This document shows, piece after piece, positions 44,885-55,334 of a stretch of 64,000 nucleotides of DNA. Each line of letters opens with the position of its first letter. Within the stretch, counting starts at the first letter, position 1. The notes under the pieces were generated by a model. It was not told the DNA's origin, did no database searches, and saw nothing but the letters and a program-made list of their open reading frames with translations. This DNA comes from a virus. The stretch lies in IMG/VR virus record IMGVR_UViG_3300002143_000172, positions 32,001 through 96,000 of that record; one strand, given 5' to 3'. Both the position numbers and the translations under genes were made by a program.

Positions 44885-45211
44885 TTAAGCAACAACAGGT
44901 TCTGCAATGATGATAGGCTGAGCCAGTGTGGCTTCAATTTCTTTCTGGTGCTTTTTAGGCAATCCAGTGAAACGAAGAATTGTGCCGTCTGCAGAAATCT
45001 TAAATGATCCTGCAACAACCCAAATCTGCTCACCGCCGGCTTGTACACCTGCGAGCTTTCGTACTACACCGTTAAGTGTGCCGTTAGCAGTATACTTTCC
45101 AATATTCCAATGATAAGTGGCTTTATTACCATTCCAGGTTTGACCAAAGATATCTCCAGAATTTTTAGTACAAAAACTCTTCAATGCTTCAACAGTTTTT
45201 TCAGCGGACAT
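44885..45211 (-). CDS. Hypothetical protein
   Basis: AGGAG SD before MSAEKT. Confidence 0.6.
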   Translation of the reverse strand: MSAEKTVEALKSFCTKNSGDIFGQTWNGNKATYHWNIGKYTANGTLNGVVRKLAGVQAGGEQIWVVAGSFKISADGTILRFTGLPKKHQKEIEATLAQPIIIAEPVVA

Positions 45212-45299
45212 GTTAATCTCCTTATGTGTATGTCTAGTTACTATTATATGGTAAACCCAATAAAAGAGCAACCACTTTTTTAACCAAATAAATATTTCC

Positions 45300-46673
45300 A
45301 TGACGAAACTAGTAATATTTGATCTCGACGGTGTGCTAATTGAAAGTCGAGAATTGCATTACCAAAGTCTCAACGATGCCCTGCGTAGCATTGATCCAAA
45401 ATATGTAATAACCAGAGATGAACATCTATCAGTTTACGACGGGCTCAATACAACCAAAAAGCTAAAGATGCTGTCCGAAACTAAAGGACTGCCTGCCGAA
45501 TACCACGATATGGTTTGGCAAAGAAAACAAATGGCAACCTTTGAGCTTATTAAAAAGTTTGGACTAGATGATAATCTAATTAACATATTTTCCAAATTAA
45601 AATCTCTAGGTTATCTAATTGCTGTAGCCAGCAATAGCATTAGAGAAACGGTTAAGTTAAGTTTGTTAAAAATTGGTGTTATGGAATATGTTGATTACTA
45701 TGTCAGCAATCAAGATGTGACACACCCAAAACCATTTCCGGAAATGTATTGGAAGTGCATGAGCACATTAAAGGCCTTGCCAAAAGATACACTGATCGTC
45801 GAAGACAGTCATATTGGCAGGCAAGGTGCGTTGGACAGCGGTGCCATATTACTAGCCGTAGAAGACTCTCATGATGTTACATGGGATAAGATTGATAAGA
45901 GATTACAACAAATGAGTTCTCAAATGACAACAAACAACATCCCTTGGAAAGACAGCAGATTGAATGTATTAGTTCCCATGGCAGGTGCGGGCAGTAGATT
46001 TGCACAACAAGGATACACATTTCCAAAACCGTTAATTGAAGTTAATGGAAAGCCGATGATCCAAGCTGTTGTAGAGAATCTGAACATTGACGCACACTAT
46101 ATTTTCATTGTTCAGCAAGAGCATTATGAAAAGTATAATCTCAAGTACTTGCTAAACCTAATTGCTCCAGGTTGCGACATTGTTCAGATTAATGGAATCA
46201 CGGAAGGCGCGGCCTGTTCAACATTGCTGGCCAAAGAATACATTGATAGTGATGCTCCGTTAGTCATGGCTAACAGCGATCAATATGTTGAATGGAACAG
46301 CAACGAATGTATGTATGCCTTTACCGCAGATGCTATCGATGGCGGAATTATTACTTTCGAAGCGAGTCATCCAAAATGGAGTTATGCTAAACTAGGCACC
46401 GATGGGTTTGTTAGCGAAGTAGCCGAAAAGAAAGTTATCAGTAACGAAGCCACCGTAGGAATCTACTATTGGAAGAAAGGCAGTGACTATGTTAAGTATG
46501 CAGAACAAATGATTGAAAAGAATATCCGTGTTAATAACGAATTTTATGTTTGCCCTGTGTTCAATGAAGCAATTGAAGATGGCAAAAAGATTAAGGTCAA
46601 GCGTGTTGAAAAAATGTGGGGTATTGGTACGCCCGAAGATTTAGAACATTTCTTAAAATATCACGAACAGTGA
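45300..46673 (+). CDS. HAD phosphatase fused to a sugar-nucleotidyltransferase-like domain
   Basis: FDLDGVL, KPFPE, VEDS; PMAGAGSRF...PKPLI, GTPEDL. Confidence 0.88.
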   Translation: MTKLVIFDLDGVLIESRELHYQSLNDALRSIDPKYVITRDEHLSVYDGLNTTKKLKMLSETKGLPAEYHDMVWQRKQMATFELIKKFGLDDNLINIFSKLKSLGYLIAVASNSIRETVKLSLLKIGVMEYVDYYVSNQDVTHPKPFPEMYWKCMSTLKALPKDTLIVEDSHIGRQGALDSGAILLAVEDSHDVTWDKIDKRLQQMSSQMTTNNIPWKDSRLNVLVPMAGAGSRFAQQGYTFPKPLIEVNGKPMIQAVVENLNIDAHYIFIVQQEHYEKYNLKYLLNLIAPGCDIVQINGITEGAACSTLLAKEYIDSDAPLVMANSDQYVEWNSNECMYAFTADAIDGGIITFEASHPKWSYAKLGTDGFVSEVAEKKVISNEATVGIYYWKKGSDYVKYAEQMIEKNIRVNNEFYVCPVFNEAIEDGKKIKVKRVEKMWGIGTPEDLEHFLKYHEQ

Positions 46674-47378
46674 TCAATTGCGGATTTTTAGTAAACGCAA
46701 CAATTCAAAAATTTTAATCCACATCCACCCTATATCAAATTCAAACCAGCGGCGACTAAGACGAGGATTGCCGGGTTCAAGATGATGATTATTGTGCAGA
46801 CATTCACCGCCAATAAGAATGCCCCAAGGACTAATGTTCCTACTTTGATCTTTAGTTTCACCATTACGATACCCCCACCAGTGACCTAGCCCGTTGATAA
46901 CGCCAGCGGCCCAGAATGGAATCCATATCATTTGAATACTCCACACTAGCAGTCCCCATGGGCCAAAAAGAACAAGGTCTATGACCAGCATTAAAGCTAT
47001 GCCCAGGCGACTGTGTGGAGTATATATTTTTTGTTCAATCCAATCATCGGGTGTACCTACACCATACTGTTGAATCATTTTAGAATCTTTACTTGCAGAG
47101 TGGTACAGGACTGCACCCTTAGATAACACACGCCAAATTCCATATACATGGGGGCTATGTGGATCACCTTCAACATCACTAAACCTATGATGCTTGCGAT
47201 GTATAGCAACCCATTGTTTAGTAACCATGCCCGTTGTCATCCAGAGCCAAAACCGCATCAAGTGGCTTAACACGGGATGGAATTCTAATCCCTTGTGTGC
47301 CTGGCCTCTGTGAAGGAATACCGTGACACAAATTATTGTAATGTGAGTAACTATTAAAGTATATAGGAATAGATTCAT
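46674..47378 (-). CDS. Acyl-lipid (delta-9-like) fatty acid desaturase
   Basis: His boxes HRGQAH, HRKHH, HNNHH. Confidence 0.9.
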   Translation of the reverse strand: MNLFLYTLIVTHITIICVTVFLHRGQAHKGLEFHPVLSHLMRFWLWMTTGMVTKQWVAIHRKHHRFSDVEGDPHSPHVYGIWRVLSKGAVLYHSASKDSKMIQQYGVGTPDDWIEQKIYTPHSRLGIALMLVIDLVLFGPWGLLVWSIQMIWIPFWAAGVINGLGHWWGYRNGETKDQSRNISPWGILIGGECLHNNHHLEPGNPRLSRRWFEFDIGWMWIKIFELLRLLKIRN

Positions 47379-47409
47379 ACTATTACTTATAACTCTAGAT
47401 AAGGCGATA

Positions 47410-47982
47410 TTATGCCCATATTACTTCGCAACCATTAACTACTTCTGTTTTAGTAATTGCTAGTTTTTCTTTTAAGAGATCTTCCGGAATGCTGATAATA
47501 TCTCGATTCATTTTTTTCTCATCTAGCCTACCTGCCTCAAGCCACTTATGTCGTTCATTGAGCAAATGCTCCAAAATGACTTTAACATTATCGGGTTGAC
47601 TAACATCATACATCCGGATCAATTCTAGATTAGCTTTATTTCGAGTAGATAAAATATACCTCGGATACTCGAGATTGCCCATGGCATGGAATTGGAAAAC
47701 GGCATCTGGGTAAAGTCCTGACCGCTTTTTCTTTTCAACCCGACTACACTTTTGCTCGATAATAACTTCGTTGGATTTAGCGTCCTCACCATTCCTGGAA
47801 AAGTTAATATTGTAATCTGCATCGTATTTCGACACAACTTCGTGAATACAAAGCGAACTTAAAGTATCGTTGTCTAGCACATCAATTTTATGCTTTTTAT
47901 ATGCTTCTTCTCGTAGTTCAAAGATCTTTTTTCGAACTTCGTTAAGATCTGCAATAACGGATTTATCCAAGTAATTTGCCAT
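47410..47982 (-). CDS. Hypothetical protein, possible PD-(D/E)xK nuclease
   Basis: GEDA...IEQK. Confidence 0.45.
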   Translation of the reverse strand: MANYLDKSVIADLNEVRKKIFELREEAYKKHKIDVLDNDTLSSLCIHEVVSKYDADYNINFSRNGEDAKSNEVIIEQKCSRVEKKKRSGLYPDAVFQFHAMGNLEYPRYILSTRNKANLELIRMYDVSQPDNVKVILEHLLNERHKWLEAGRLDEKKMNRDIISIPEDLLKEKLAITKTEVVNGCEVIWA

Positions 47983-48034
47983 AGTTTTTTACCTTTCTGC
48001 TAATATTGTAACAGACCAATGACTTATTGTCAAG

Positions 48035-48448
48035 TTATTTGGTTTGTTCACCTAAAATCTTATATCCCTTGCCCGTAGGATGTATTCTGTCTGGACTCAT
48101 ATGTGCTTCTGGTCTATTAAGTATCGTATCGCCATATTCTTTGGCAATGCGTTCGATTGCATCTTGGGGGATTGGCTTTCGGTCCTTACCGGGACTGATC
48201 CAAAATACTCGTTGACCTTTTATTGCGGCCCGCATCTTACGCAACTCTTGCTCAGTTTTTACACCCTTGTGATCGTTAGCGCCTAAACTAATAATTACAG
48301 TTTTAGAAGGTTCTGCAGATGCCTTGTCCAAATAATCTTTATTCCATTGCCAACTGTTCCAGCCGCCGTGAGCATAGGCTACGCATTCTGGTCTAGCCAT
48401 ATGTGTACCGACTGCAATACTATCACCGATAATGAGACATTCTACCAT
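48035..48448 (-). CDS. SGNH/GDSL hydrolase
   Basis: IGDSIA, LGAND, DRIHP. Confidence 0.8.
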   Translation of the reverse strand: MVECLIIGDSIAVGTHMARPECVAYAHGGWNSWQWNKDYLDKASAEPSKTVIISLGANDHKGVKTEQELRKMRAAIKGQRVFWISPGKDRKPIPQDAIERIAKEYGDTILNRPEAHMSPDRIHPTGKGYKILGEQTK

Positions 48449-48470
48449 ACTAGTTCCCTGTTATTAAAAA

Positions 48471-48497
48471 CAAAAAGGACCATTACGGTCCTTTTTG
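48471..48497. terminator. Intrinsic terminator
   Basis: CAAAAAGGACC-ATTAC-GGTCCTTTTTG. Confidence 0.75.
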
Positions 48498-48525
48498 ATT
48501 TACTCTGTCTAATCTTTAAAATTGA

Positions 48526-49239
48526 TTAGAATGCTTTTGATACTGATACAACAACTGCGTCTTTGTACAACTTCTGACCAGCAATAGTATTAGCTGTTTT
48601 AGCAGATGCACTTAGTCCATTGTTGGTGTAGTAATGAGCACCAACACCGTAACCTGCTAGGTTATATGTTGCACCAACTTTGATATCATCGTAGCCAAGT
48701 GCTGAATGATTCTCAACAATGGTACGACCGTAGTGTGCGTTAGCAGTCAAGTTCTTAGTGATTGGATAAGCTAAGTCAGCTTGAAGGTATTGTGAACCTT
48801 TACTGTTAACTGCGCCAAAGTAGTCGCTCAATGAACGGCTATACTTAACACTAACTGGACCTGTGGCAACACCTACGAATACTTCGTTTGTATTGGCGTT
48901 GGATGAGAACTTATTGCCAGCTTGTGAATAAAAATAGTTATAGGTACCAACATCAACTGTTACACCTTTCATTACTTCTTTCTTGTAGCCAGCATATAGA
49001 TCACTTTCTAGGCCAGTGCTGTCTGTGTACATATTGCTACTGACATTGCTGTTCCAGTTACCGACATAAAAACCACTCTTGTCAGCATAATCGATGCCGC
49101 CTTGTAGAGCTACCGATTTCTGTGTTTGACTGATACCACGGAAACGGTAATCACTTGTTGCACCTAGATTACCTGATACTTGTGCTTGGGCGGCAGTTAC
49201 ACCTGCTACCAACAATACTGCTAATAATAACTTCTTCAT
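48526..49239 (-). CDS. TorF/TIGR02001-like outer-membrane porin
   Basis: Signal peptide, SDYRFRGISQT, QGGIDY, C-terminal Phe. Confidence 0.85.
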   Translation of the reverse strand: MKKLLLAVLLVAGVTAAQAQVSGNLGATSDYRFRGISQTQKSVALQGGIDYADKSGFYVGNWNSNVSSNMYTDSTGLESDLYAGYKKEVMKGVTVDVGTYNYFYSQAGNKFSSNANTNEVFVGVATGPVSVKYSRSLSDYFGAVNSKGSQYLQADLAYPITKNLTANAHYGRTIVENHSALGYDDIKVGATYNLAGYGVGAHYYTNNGLSASAKTANTIAGQKLYKDAVVVSVSKAF

Positions 49240-49350
49240 AATTTTACATTCCTTTTTATAGATGACTGCTACGAGTCATTAGTTACATTTTATTTATTTT
49301 AGGTCTATTTGTCAAGTAAATTATTGGTATATCTTCGCCAATAATCTATC

Positions 49351-49887
49351 TTATCTAGTAGCTTCGAGGTACTTCATTACATTTTCTGGACTACTTTCGC
49401 CGTAAGGATCATCTGGATGATTATCTTCACGACCAGGTTCTGTAAATAGCTTGTCACGAACCATGTCAGTTAATACAGCGGCATAGCGATGACTACGCAG
49501 TCCAAATCCAATATTGGATTTACTTACCAACATTCCCATCAATCGAGTGAAGTCGCCATTACCATCGGCTAACATCTTCACTTTTTTAATTCCTAACTGT
49601 CGAGCCCATTCGTTCATTACAAACGCATCGTTAACGCTGATACAATAGATCTCATCGATACCAAATGCTTTGAATTCGTCGTACTTTTCTTCAAAGCCCG
49701 GTAGTTGGTGAGTCGAGCATGTAGGGGTAAAGGCGCCCGGCAGGCTAAAAATGATTACTCGTTTGCCACCAAATAAATCTTTAGTGGTCTTGTGAACAAA
49801 CTCACCACCAATTGGACAACCACCACCTTCGGGCGGTTCATCTCCTTGCCTAAGTGCGAATGTTACTTCTGGTGCAAAATATGGCAT
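49351..49887 (-). CDS. Peroxiredoxin (Prx5 type)
   Basis: PGAFTPTCS, SVNDAFVM. Confidence 0.92.
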   Translation of the reverse strand: MPYFAPEVTFALRQGDEPPEGGGCPIGGEFVHKTTKDLFGGKRVIIFSLPGAFTPTCSTHQLPGFEEKYDEFKAFGIDEIYCISVNDAFVMNEWARQLGIKKVKMLADGNGDFTRLMGMLVSKSNIGFGLRSHRYAAVLTDMVRDKLFTEPGREDNHPDDPYGESSPENVMKYLEATR

Positions 49888-49988
49888 AATCTGTGTCTCC
49901 TAAAGTATTAGTTATCACTAGATCGTAGGGGTGATAAAAAAATAGGTCCTCACAGGACCTATTTTAATAGTAAAGTTTGTATTAGAAC

Positions 49989-51497
49989 TTATAAGTTCAT
50001 GAGTTTATTATAATATTCTTGGTATAGGAGTTCACTTTTTAATTTATACAAGTCCCAGTTTAAATCTTTATGTGGAACATTAAAAATTTCATCATCAGTT
50101 ACACCATACCATAATAAACTTTGCGTAGACCATATATTAACTTTTTTATGCTTTTCGATCATTGCAGTTGCTTCTTTGACAACTTCAGCAGCAGAATATG
50201 TAGTCCAATTATCGTTTTCCCAGATTAGTTGACCAAATTGTCCTACTTCTCCGGTAAACCTAAATCCATACTTTTCTGCATTTTTATCAAATTCAGATTG
50301 TATAGTATATCGACTTTTATCGTTTCCGGGTCCGAACAACCCTAATGGGTTAAATTGTATAGAGTGCATTTTATTATCGAGATACCATTGAGCAGTATCT
50401 ATAATATTTTCTCTAGTATCACCGGTAATTCCTACAATAAAATTAGTATGCATGGGAATTTTTCCTCCCCATATATTGTGATACAATTCTGGTATCCACC
50501 CTTTAGCGGTTGTGCCGCTCCAACCTTTTCCTACTAATTTACTAGCACTAGGATGAAATGTTTCAATTCCGTGATATGCACCAAACAGTCCCGATTCCTG
50601 TAATAAAGGAGCCATATTAGGGAAGCGATGAATTAAGTCGGCTCTCAGATATGCGCTATACTTTATTTTAAACGGTAGACGCTGTACCATATTATAGAAT
50701 TCCTGCATTTTGAACTCGGTGTCATTAAATGTATCATCTAGCATGTAATAATTAGTAGTTCCAAAATTCTCGTAATTATATCGAATTTCATCTTCGATAT
50801 AATTCATTCCCCGGATATAATCAAGTTTCTTTTTACCTAGGTGAGGATATTGACAAAATCTGCAGGCAAATATACATCCTCTACTTACATCAAGCGGTAA
50901 TGGTTCGTTTCGAAGGATAACATCTTGTGCGGTCCACTTAAAATCATCTTCTTCAATATTATACTTAGGATTTCTTGCTCGATCATATAACATTCTATGC
51001 TTACGCTTCTCTGTCCCCCAGTTCGGATATATGAGCTGGCCAAGTGGGGGAGGAGTACTAATTTTCAGATGCTCAAGGTATTCTAAGAATACATCTTCTG
51101 TTGCAGTTGTATAACTCATAATAGTAGCGTCTACTACTCCCCAACCCGCAACACGGTCGCTGGCATATCCGCCTAGCACTATTTTTATAGTAGGATATTC
51201 TTTCTTAATTCGTTTGATAATATTCAAGCAATGTTCCGGTATCTTACCCCATACACCGTTAGACCATTTATAGTTAGACATTGACATGAAAGTCATTGAC
51301 ACTGCTAGTATTTTTGTACATGGAGTAATAAACTTTGTCGTAGCGGCATACAGTTGCTCTTCAGTGAACTTTTCAACAAAGTCAATAACCTGTGCGGCAT
51401 GACCGTTTTTGCGTATCCAGTGGGCTACTTTATATGGTCCGATATATCGAGATACCATATGCCACTTTATCCCACCATTCCAAAAAATTACATCCAT
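49989..51497 (-). CDS. B12-binding-type radical SAM protein
   Basis: SRGCIFACRFC, DDTFND, GIET. Confidence 0.85.
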   Translation of the reverse strand: MDVIFWNGGIKWHMVSRYIGPYKVAHWIRKNGHAAQVIDFVEKFTEEQLYAATTKFITPCTKILAVSMTFMSMSNYKWSNGVWGKIPEHCLNIIKRIKKEYPTIKIVLGGYASDRVAGWGVVDATIMSYTTATEDVFLEYLEHLKISTPPPLGQLIYPNWGTEKRKHRMLYDRARNPKYNIEEDDFKWTAQDVILRNEPLPLDVSRGCIFACRFCQYPHLGKKKLDYIRGMNYIEDEIRYNYENFGTTNYYMLDDTFNDTEFKMQEFYNMVQRLPFKIKYSAYLRADLIHRFPNMAPLLQESGLFGAYHGIETFHPSASKLVGKGWSGTTAKGWIPELYHNIWGGKIPMHTNFIVGITGDTRENIIDTAQWYLDNKMHSIQFNPLGLFGPGNDKSRYTIQSEFDKNAEKYGFRFTGEVGQFGQLIWENDNWTTYSAAEVVKEATAMIEKHKKVNIWSTQSLLWYGVTDDEIFNVPHKDLNWDLYKLKSELLYQEYYNKLMNL

Positions 51498-51547
51498 TTA
51501 AAATTTCCTCATTGCAGACTATTTACCGTGTATGTATTACACAGAAA

Positions 51548-51573
51548 AAGAAAGCACCCGAAGGTGCTTTCTT
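51548..51573 (-). terminator. Terminator after tmRNA coding piece
   Basis: AAGAAAGCACC-TTCG-GGTGCTTTCTT. Confidence 0.85.
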
Positions 51574-51574
51574 G

Positions 51575-51916
51575 CTATTTTCGGTTACAAGGTATAACTA
51601 CCTCGTGGAGGTTACGCCGCTAGGCGAACTTCTCCAAAAAATGCGTCGTTTGCATTTATGGTTTTTGCTTGATTTACAGTCATCGCCTACTGTGTTGCCT
51701 CTTTCGCTATCTCACCATGTCGAAACCGGTCGGGCCCATTAGGGAATATATTATCTTGGCTCCTGCTGTTAGGCTATCAACACTCAAGTTCCGCCCTCAT
51801 CATAATCTATGATTAGTTTGGGCTTCAGATTGGATCATAATATACTCTCTGGTGGACCCGAGGGGAATTGAACCCCCGTCCACGATGCCTTCACTACGAA
51901 GGAATTACAACAATTC
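51575..51916 (-). ncRNA. ssrA: Circularly permuted (two-piece) tmRNA; tag ANDAFFGEVRLAA at 51612-51653
   Basis: Acceptor piece ...GGGGGTTCAATTCCCCTCGGGTCCACCA (ends 51850) precedes coding piece GGGCCCGACCGGTTTCGAC (starts 51737); G3:U pair. Confidence 0.9.
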
Positions 51917-51917
51917 T

Positions 51918-52121
51918 TTACTGCGGCTGAATATTAGCCGCTTGCAAACCTTTTTGTCCTTGTACTACATCGAACGATACTGTTTGATTCTCTGTTAGAA
52001 CTTTGAAGCCCGAAGTTTGAATTTCACTGTAGTGGGCAAATAAATCTGCACCACCTTTGTCTGGAGTAATAAACCCAAAACCTTTGGTTTCATTAAACCA
52101 TTTTACTTTACCTGTTGCCAT
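51918..52121 (-). CDS. Cold-shock protein
   Basis: GKVKWFN..KGFGFI, FAHYS. Confidence 0.95.
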   Translation of the reverse strand: MATGKVKWFNETKGFGFITPDKGGADLFAHYSEIQTSGFKVLTENQTVSFDVVQGQKGLQAANIQPQ

Positions 52122-52176
52122 TTTACTAATTACCTTATTAAAAAACTATTATACTATATTTATTGGATTGTGTCAA

Positions 52177-53325
52177 TCAGGGAGTGAACACCGGAAAACC
52201 CCTAGTCTGTATTAATCTATACATTACAGTATCTTCTCTGAATTTTAATAGGTTATTTCGTACTTGTTTAATTCTCTGATTCATTAATTCGTGGTACCTG
52301 TTTCGGTACAGTTCCGTCTCAGGTCTCCGATAAATCCAGGCGTGTTTATCGGACCTATCCAATCTTTCTGGTTTCAATACTTGAAATCGATCAGTCCAGT
52401 TATCATATAACTTATATCGTAGTTTTTTCTGTTGTTGCTGATAAAAATTTTGCCAAGCAACGGCATTCTTTTTAATCGCATGACTGAATTTTATTTCGGC
52501 GTATTCTGGATCTTGTTGGAACACTAGAATCGTTTGGTAAGCCATTTCAAGTGCTAATATTGGAAATTCAGGAGACCAATAAAAAAATTCAACCCCAGTA
52601 GGATTGTCGGGATGCGGGCAACCCATAGCAGTACAAGCGTCACTAAATGACACCATGGTGCCTTGTGACTCTGTAAACACAACATTGGGTTTATCTACTC
52701 CGTAAATTCCGCCTACTGTCTTTCCTTCGCTTATTAGTTTCTCTTCCGAAGGAGACCAAGTCCATAACGAAGGTAATTCGATATCGTGCCAATGGTTAAC
52801 TTTTTTAAATAAATCTGGCAAACGATCGACTGCATCTTCTGTTAACCAATTTACTACCTTGATGTTAATTTCCGGATGTGATCGTGCAACTTCATCTAAC
52901 ACAGGTTTAATAGCATAATCCCACTCACTTAGATAATTGTATGCTGTGATATCATCGGTATTAGGTGTATAAATTCCCTTGGCAGGGTCTAACACATCGG
53001 TACACCATTTGACACACAATTCGTCTAGTTTAATCCCGTTGTCTAAAAATGCTCTCAATACATTATAGCTATCTGAACCACCTGAGAAGTATAAAATAAG
53101 ATAGTCATATTTGTCTCTAAGTTGTTGTGCTCGAGTTTTATATAATTGATTAAGGCTATACTTTCCTAGCAATGATCTATCAAAGCTGTCCCAGACATCA
53201 TTAAAGAAATTAAAACTAACCGGAGCATTTATTTCTGTCGCATATACGAGTGCTTCGTATTTGTTATCAAATACACTATCTTGTACTTCCCAAACTCCCT
53301 GAACTGATTTTCTTATATCTTTCAT
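52177..53325 (-). CDS. PP-loop / asparagine-synthase-like adenylating enzyme
   Basis: LYFSGGSDS, GVDKP. Confidence 0.65.
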   Translation of the reverse strand: MKDIRKSVQGVWEVQDSVFDNKYEALVYATEINAPVSFNFFNDVWDSFDRSLLGKYSLNQLYKTRAQQLRDKYDYLILYFSGGSDSYNVLRAFLDNGIKLDELCVKWCTDVLDPAKGIYTPNTDDITAYNYLSEWDYAIKPVLDEVARSHPEINIKVVNWLTEDAVDRLPDLFKKVNHWHDIELPSLWTWSPSEEKLISEGKTVGGIYGVDKPNVVFTESQGTMVSFSDACTAMGCPHPDNPTGVEFFYWSPEFPILALEMAYQTILVFQQDPEYAEIKFSHAIKKNAVAWQNFYQQQQKKLRYKLYDNWTDRFQVLKPERLDRSDKHAWIYRRPETELYRNRYHELMNQRIKQVRNNLLKFREDTVMYRLIQTRGFPVFTP

Positions 53326-54050
53326 ACTACATTCCGATCTAAGTTATAAGAGTTAACCAATGAATCATATAATTTCATAGTTTCTGCTAAATTTAACACC
53401 AGACTTCTTAAATCTCTATGTTGGTCATATGTTGTGACCTGATAATCAAATCCAAGGTCAGCACGGCCTGTTACTAATTCATCAAAGTCTATGTAGATAC
53501 CATTTCCGGCCTTCACGCACCTGTCCTGCATTTTTTCTAATCGAGCTAAAGTATAAAAACAAAATTCAAAATATGTTTTATCAATCTTTAATGGACGAGA
53601 TTTTGTTTCATCGTCATGATTCAGGTATGTCATAGTAATACATCTGCTTAACAGCTGATCAAATCTATTGATCCTACGCAGACATAGTACTTGTCTATCA
53701 GATAATACGCTAACAGCTTCTGGGAAAAAATCAAATGTACTATTTGAAGTAGTGATGATACTAGGAGTAATATCAGCATACTCGAGAAACTTTTTATATC
53801 TGTGTTGTATAATTAAAGTTTGGGTATAGTTATCGAGATTGGGGCCTCGAGTTTTCCTAGTCTTTAATACCTGATGTTGTTGAGCAACGGGCATCCTTGA
53901 GGCATATGGTATATTGGCGTTGTTTATACCATGACTGAAGGTATTAAAAAATTCTCCAAAATTATGATACCCTCTTTTTTCAAAAATTCCAGCTAATAAT
54001 TTTGAACCCGATCTAGGAAATGCTAATATTGTTTTTTTGTTTGTGTCCAT
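53322..54050 (-). CDS. Sulfotransferase-like P-loop protein
   Basis: PRSGS, GEFFN, LRR.N.FDQLLS. Confidence 0.6.
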   Translation of the reverse strand: MDTNKKTILAFPRSGSKLLAGIFEKRGYHNFGEFFNTFSHGINNANIPYASRMPVAQQHQVLKTRKTRGPNLDNYTQTLIIQHRYKKFLEYADITPSIITTSNSTFDFFPEAVSVLSDRQVLCLRRINRFDQLLSRCITMTYLNHDDETKSRPLKIDKTYFEFCFYTLARLEKMQDRCVKAGNGIYIDFDELVTGRADLGFDYQVTTYDQHRDLRSLVLNLAETMKLYDSLVNSYNLDRNVV

Positions 54051-54538
54051 GTTCTTCTATATCCGTAGGCTAATAACGGTTTCTTAATATCTAAATTTAA
54101 TGTGCTAACAATATATGAAGAAAATGTATTACAATTTTGTGTGAGCAATTTAAATTCAGCAATTGGATACTCTTCACAGGCCTGCACAATATCTTCATAT
54201 TTAAATGTAGATTTACTCTTGCCTACAATTCTTGGAATTGCACCAAACCATTTTGCATCAGGAATACGATCACTAATGATAGGGCCTTTATCGCAATATC
54301 CCATACCATCACGAATCCAGAGAACATTTGCATTCTGAACTTCTACGGTTTCTATGTCAGTTTTTTCAGCTACTAGCCACTTGTTGTGTTTGCCAGACCA
54401 GAAGGTGATCCACGAGTGTGTTCCTCCTAGATATCCCTTCATCGCCCATGCTTGAGCGTGGATGTAATAAACATATTCTTTGTCTAGCGGAAGACTAACT
54501 GATGTTTGATCTAATAATCGCCAATCTTTAAACAGCAT
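54023..54538 (-). CDS. Permuted papain-like (DUF3750/PPPDE-like) protein
   Basis: THSW...QNCNTF. Confidence 0.55.
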   Translation of the reverse strand: MLFKDWRLLDQTSVSLPLDKEYVYYIHAQAWAMKGYLGGTHSWITFWSGKHNKWLVAEKTDIETVEVQNANVLWIRDGMGYCDKGPIISDRIPDAKWFGAIPRIVGKSKSTFKYEDIVQACEEYPIAEFKLLTQNCNTFSSYIVSTLNLDIKKPLLAYGYRRTWTQTKKQY

Positions 54539-55334
54539 CCTGCTCCACTTTATAATAATTTAAATGTTGGCGATCATATGCCGCCTGCCAATTAACTACA
54601 TCAGTTTCCCATGTGCCAGTCGGCCTCGGATCATGCATCATATAATTAAATTCGTCTTGCCCTGAAATCATTACTGTACTTTCTGGACTAATTTCTAGTT
54701 TAGGCTTACACTCAGTGCTAACAAATATTAAGCCCATTGCTAATCTAGTTTTATCTGTGGTGTTCTTTGCACTACCATGGATGGTATACGGACTGTGCAT
54801 TAAAATATGCCCTGCGGGTACCGCTGTTTTTATTCTTTCTTTTGGAAGCTCTACATCAACTGTCTGACCACGCATCAAAAGATTTGATTCAGTCTTAACA
54901 TCTTTGTGTCGTGCTTGGAATACTCGATGACTTCCCTGAACATATTCAATACTACCGTGTTCCGGTGTTACATCATCTAGGGCAATCCATACTGTCACAG
55001 CTTTATTTTTATTGTTAAAATTCCAATATGTAGCGTCTTGGTGGAAACTAACATCACGACCATCCCCGGGTTTCTTAATCCACAATAATGCATCCCAACA
55101 ATGAAAATTTGGACCAATTAGTTCAGTTAGGTATTCTACTAATTGCGGGTGACGAGAAATCTCATCAATCCAGGGAAACAGAACATTGCTCTTACATCGA
55201 TAGTCGCTATGCATTAGATCTAACTTATTGTCAGCTTCGAGCATTGCGTCACGATACTTTATAACTTCTTCTGAAGTTAGTACAGGTAATGGGCCTACCC
55301 AGCCTTGGGTTTCTAGTGTGTTTTGTATTGTCAT
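54528..55334 (-). CDS. PhyH-family 2OG-Fe(II) dioxygenase
   Basis: FHQDATYW, TVWIALDD, HGS..N...R. Confidence 0.88.
   Translation of the reverse strand: MTIQNTLETQGWVGPLPVLTSEEVIKYRDAMLEADNKLDLMHSDYRCKSNVLFPWIDEISRHPQLVEYLTELIGPNFHCWDALLWIKKPGDGRDVSFHQDATYWNFNNKNKAVTVWIALDDVTPEHGSIEYVQGSHRVFQARHKDVKTESNLLMRGQTVDVELPKERIKTAVPAGHILMHSPYTIHGSAKNTTDKTRLAMGLIFVSTECKPKLEISPESTVMISGQDEFNYMMHDPRPTGTWETDVVNWQAAYDRQHLNYYKVEQDAV

Noticed and set aside
51738-51849. Hammerhead ribozyme in the tmRNA intervening segment (CTGAAG, TGATGAG)
   Set aside because: No complete CUGAUGA...GAAA core with the three required stems
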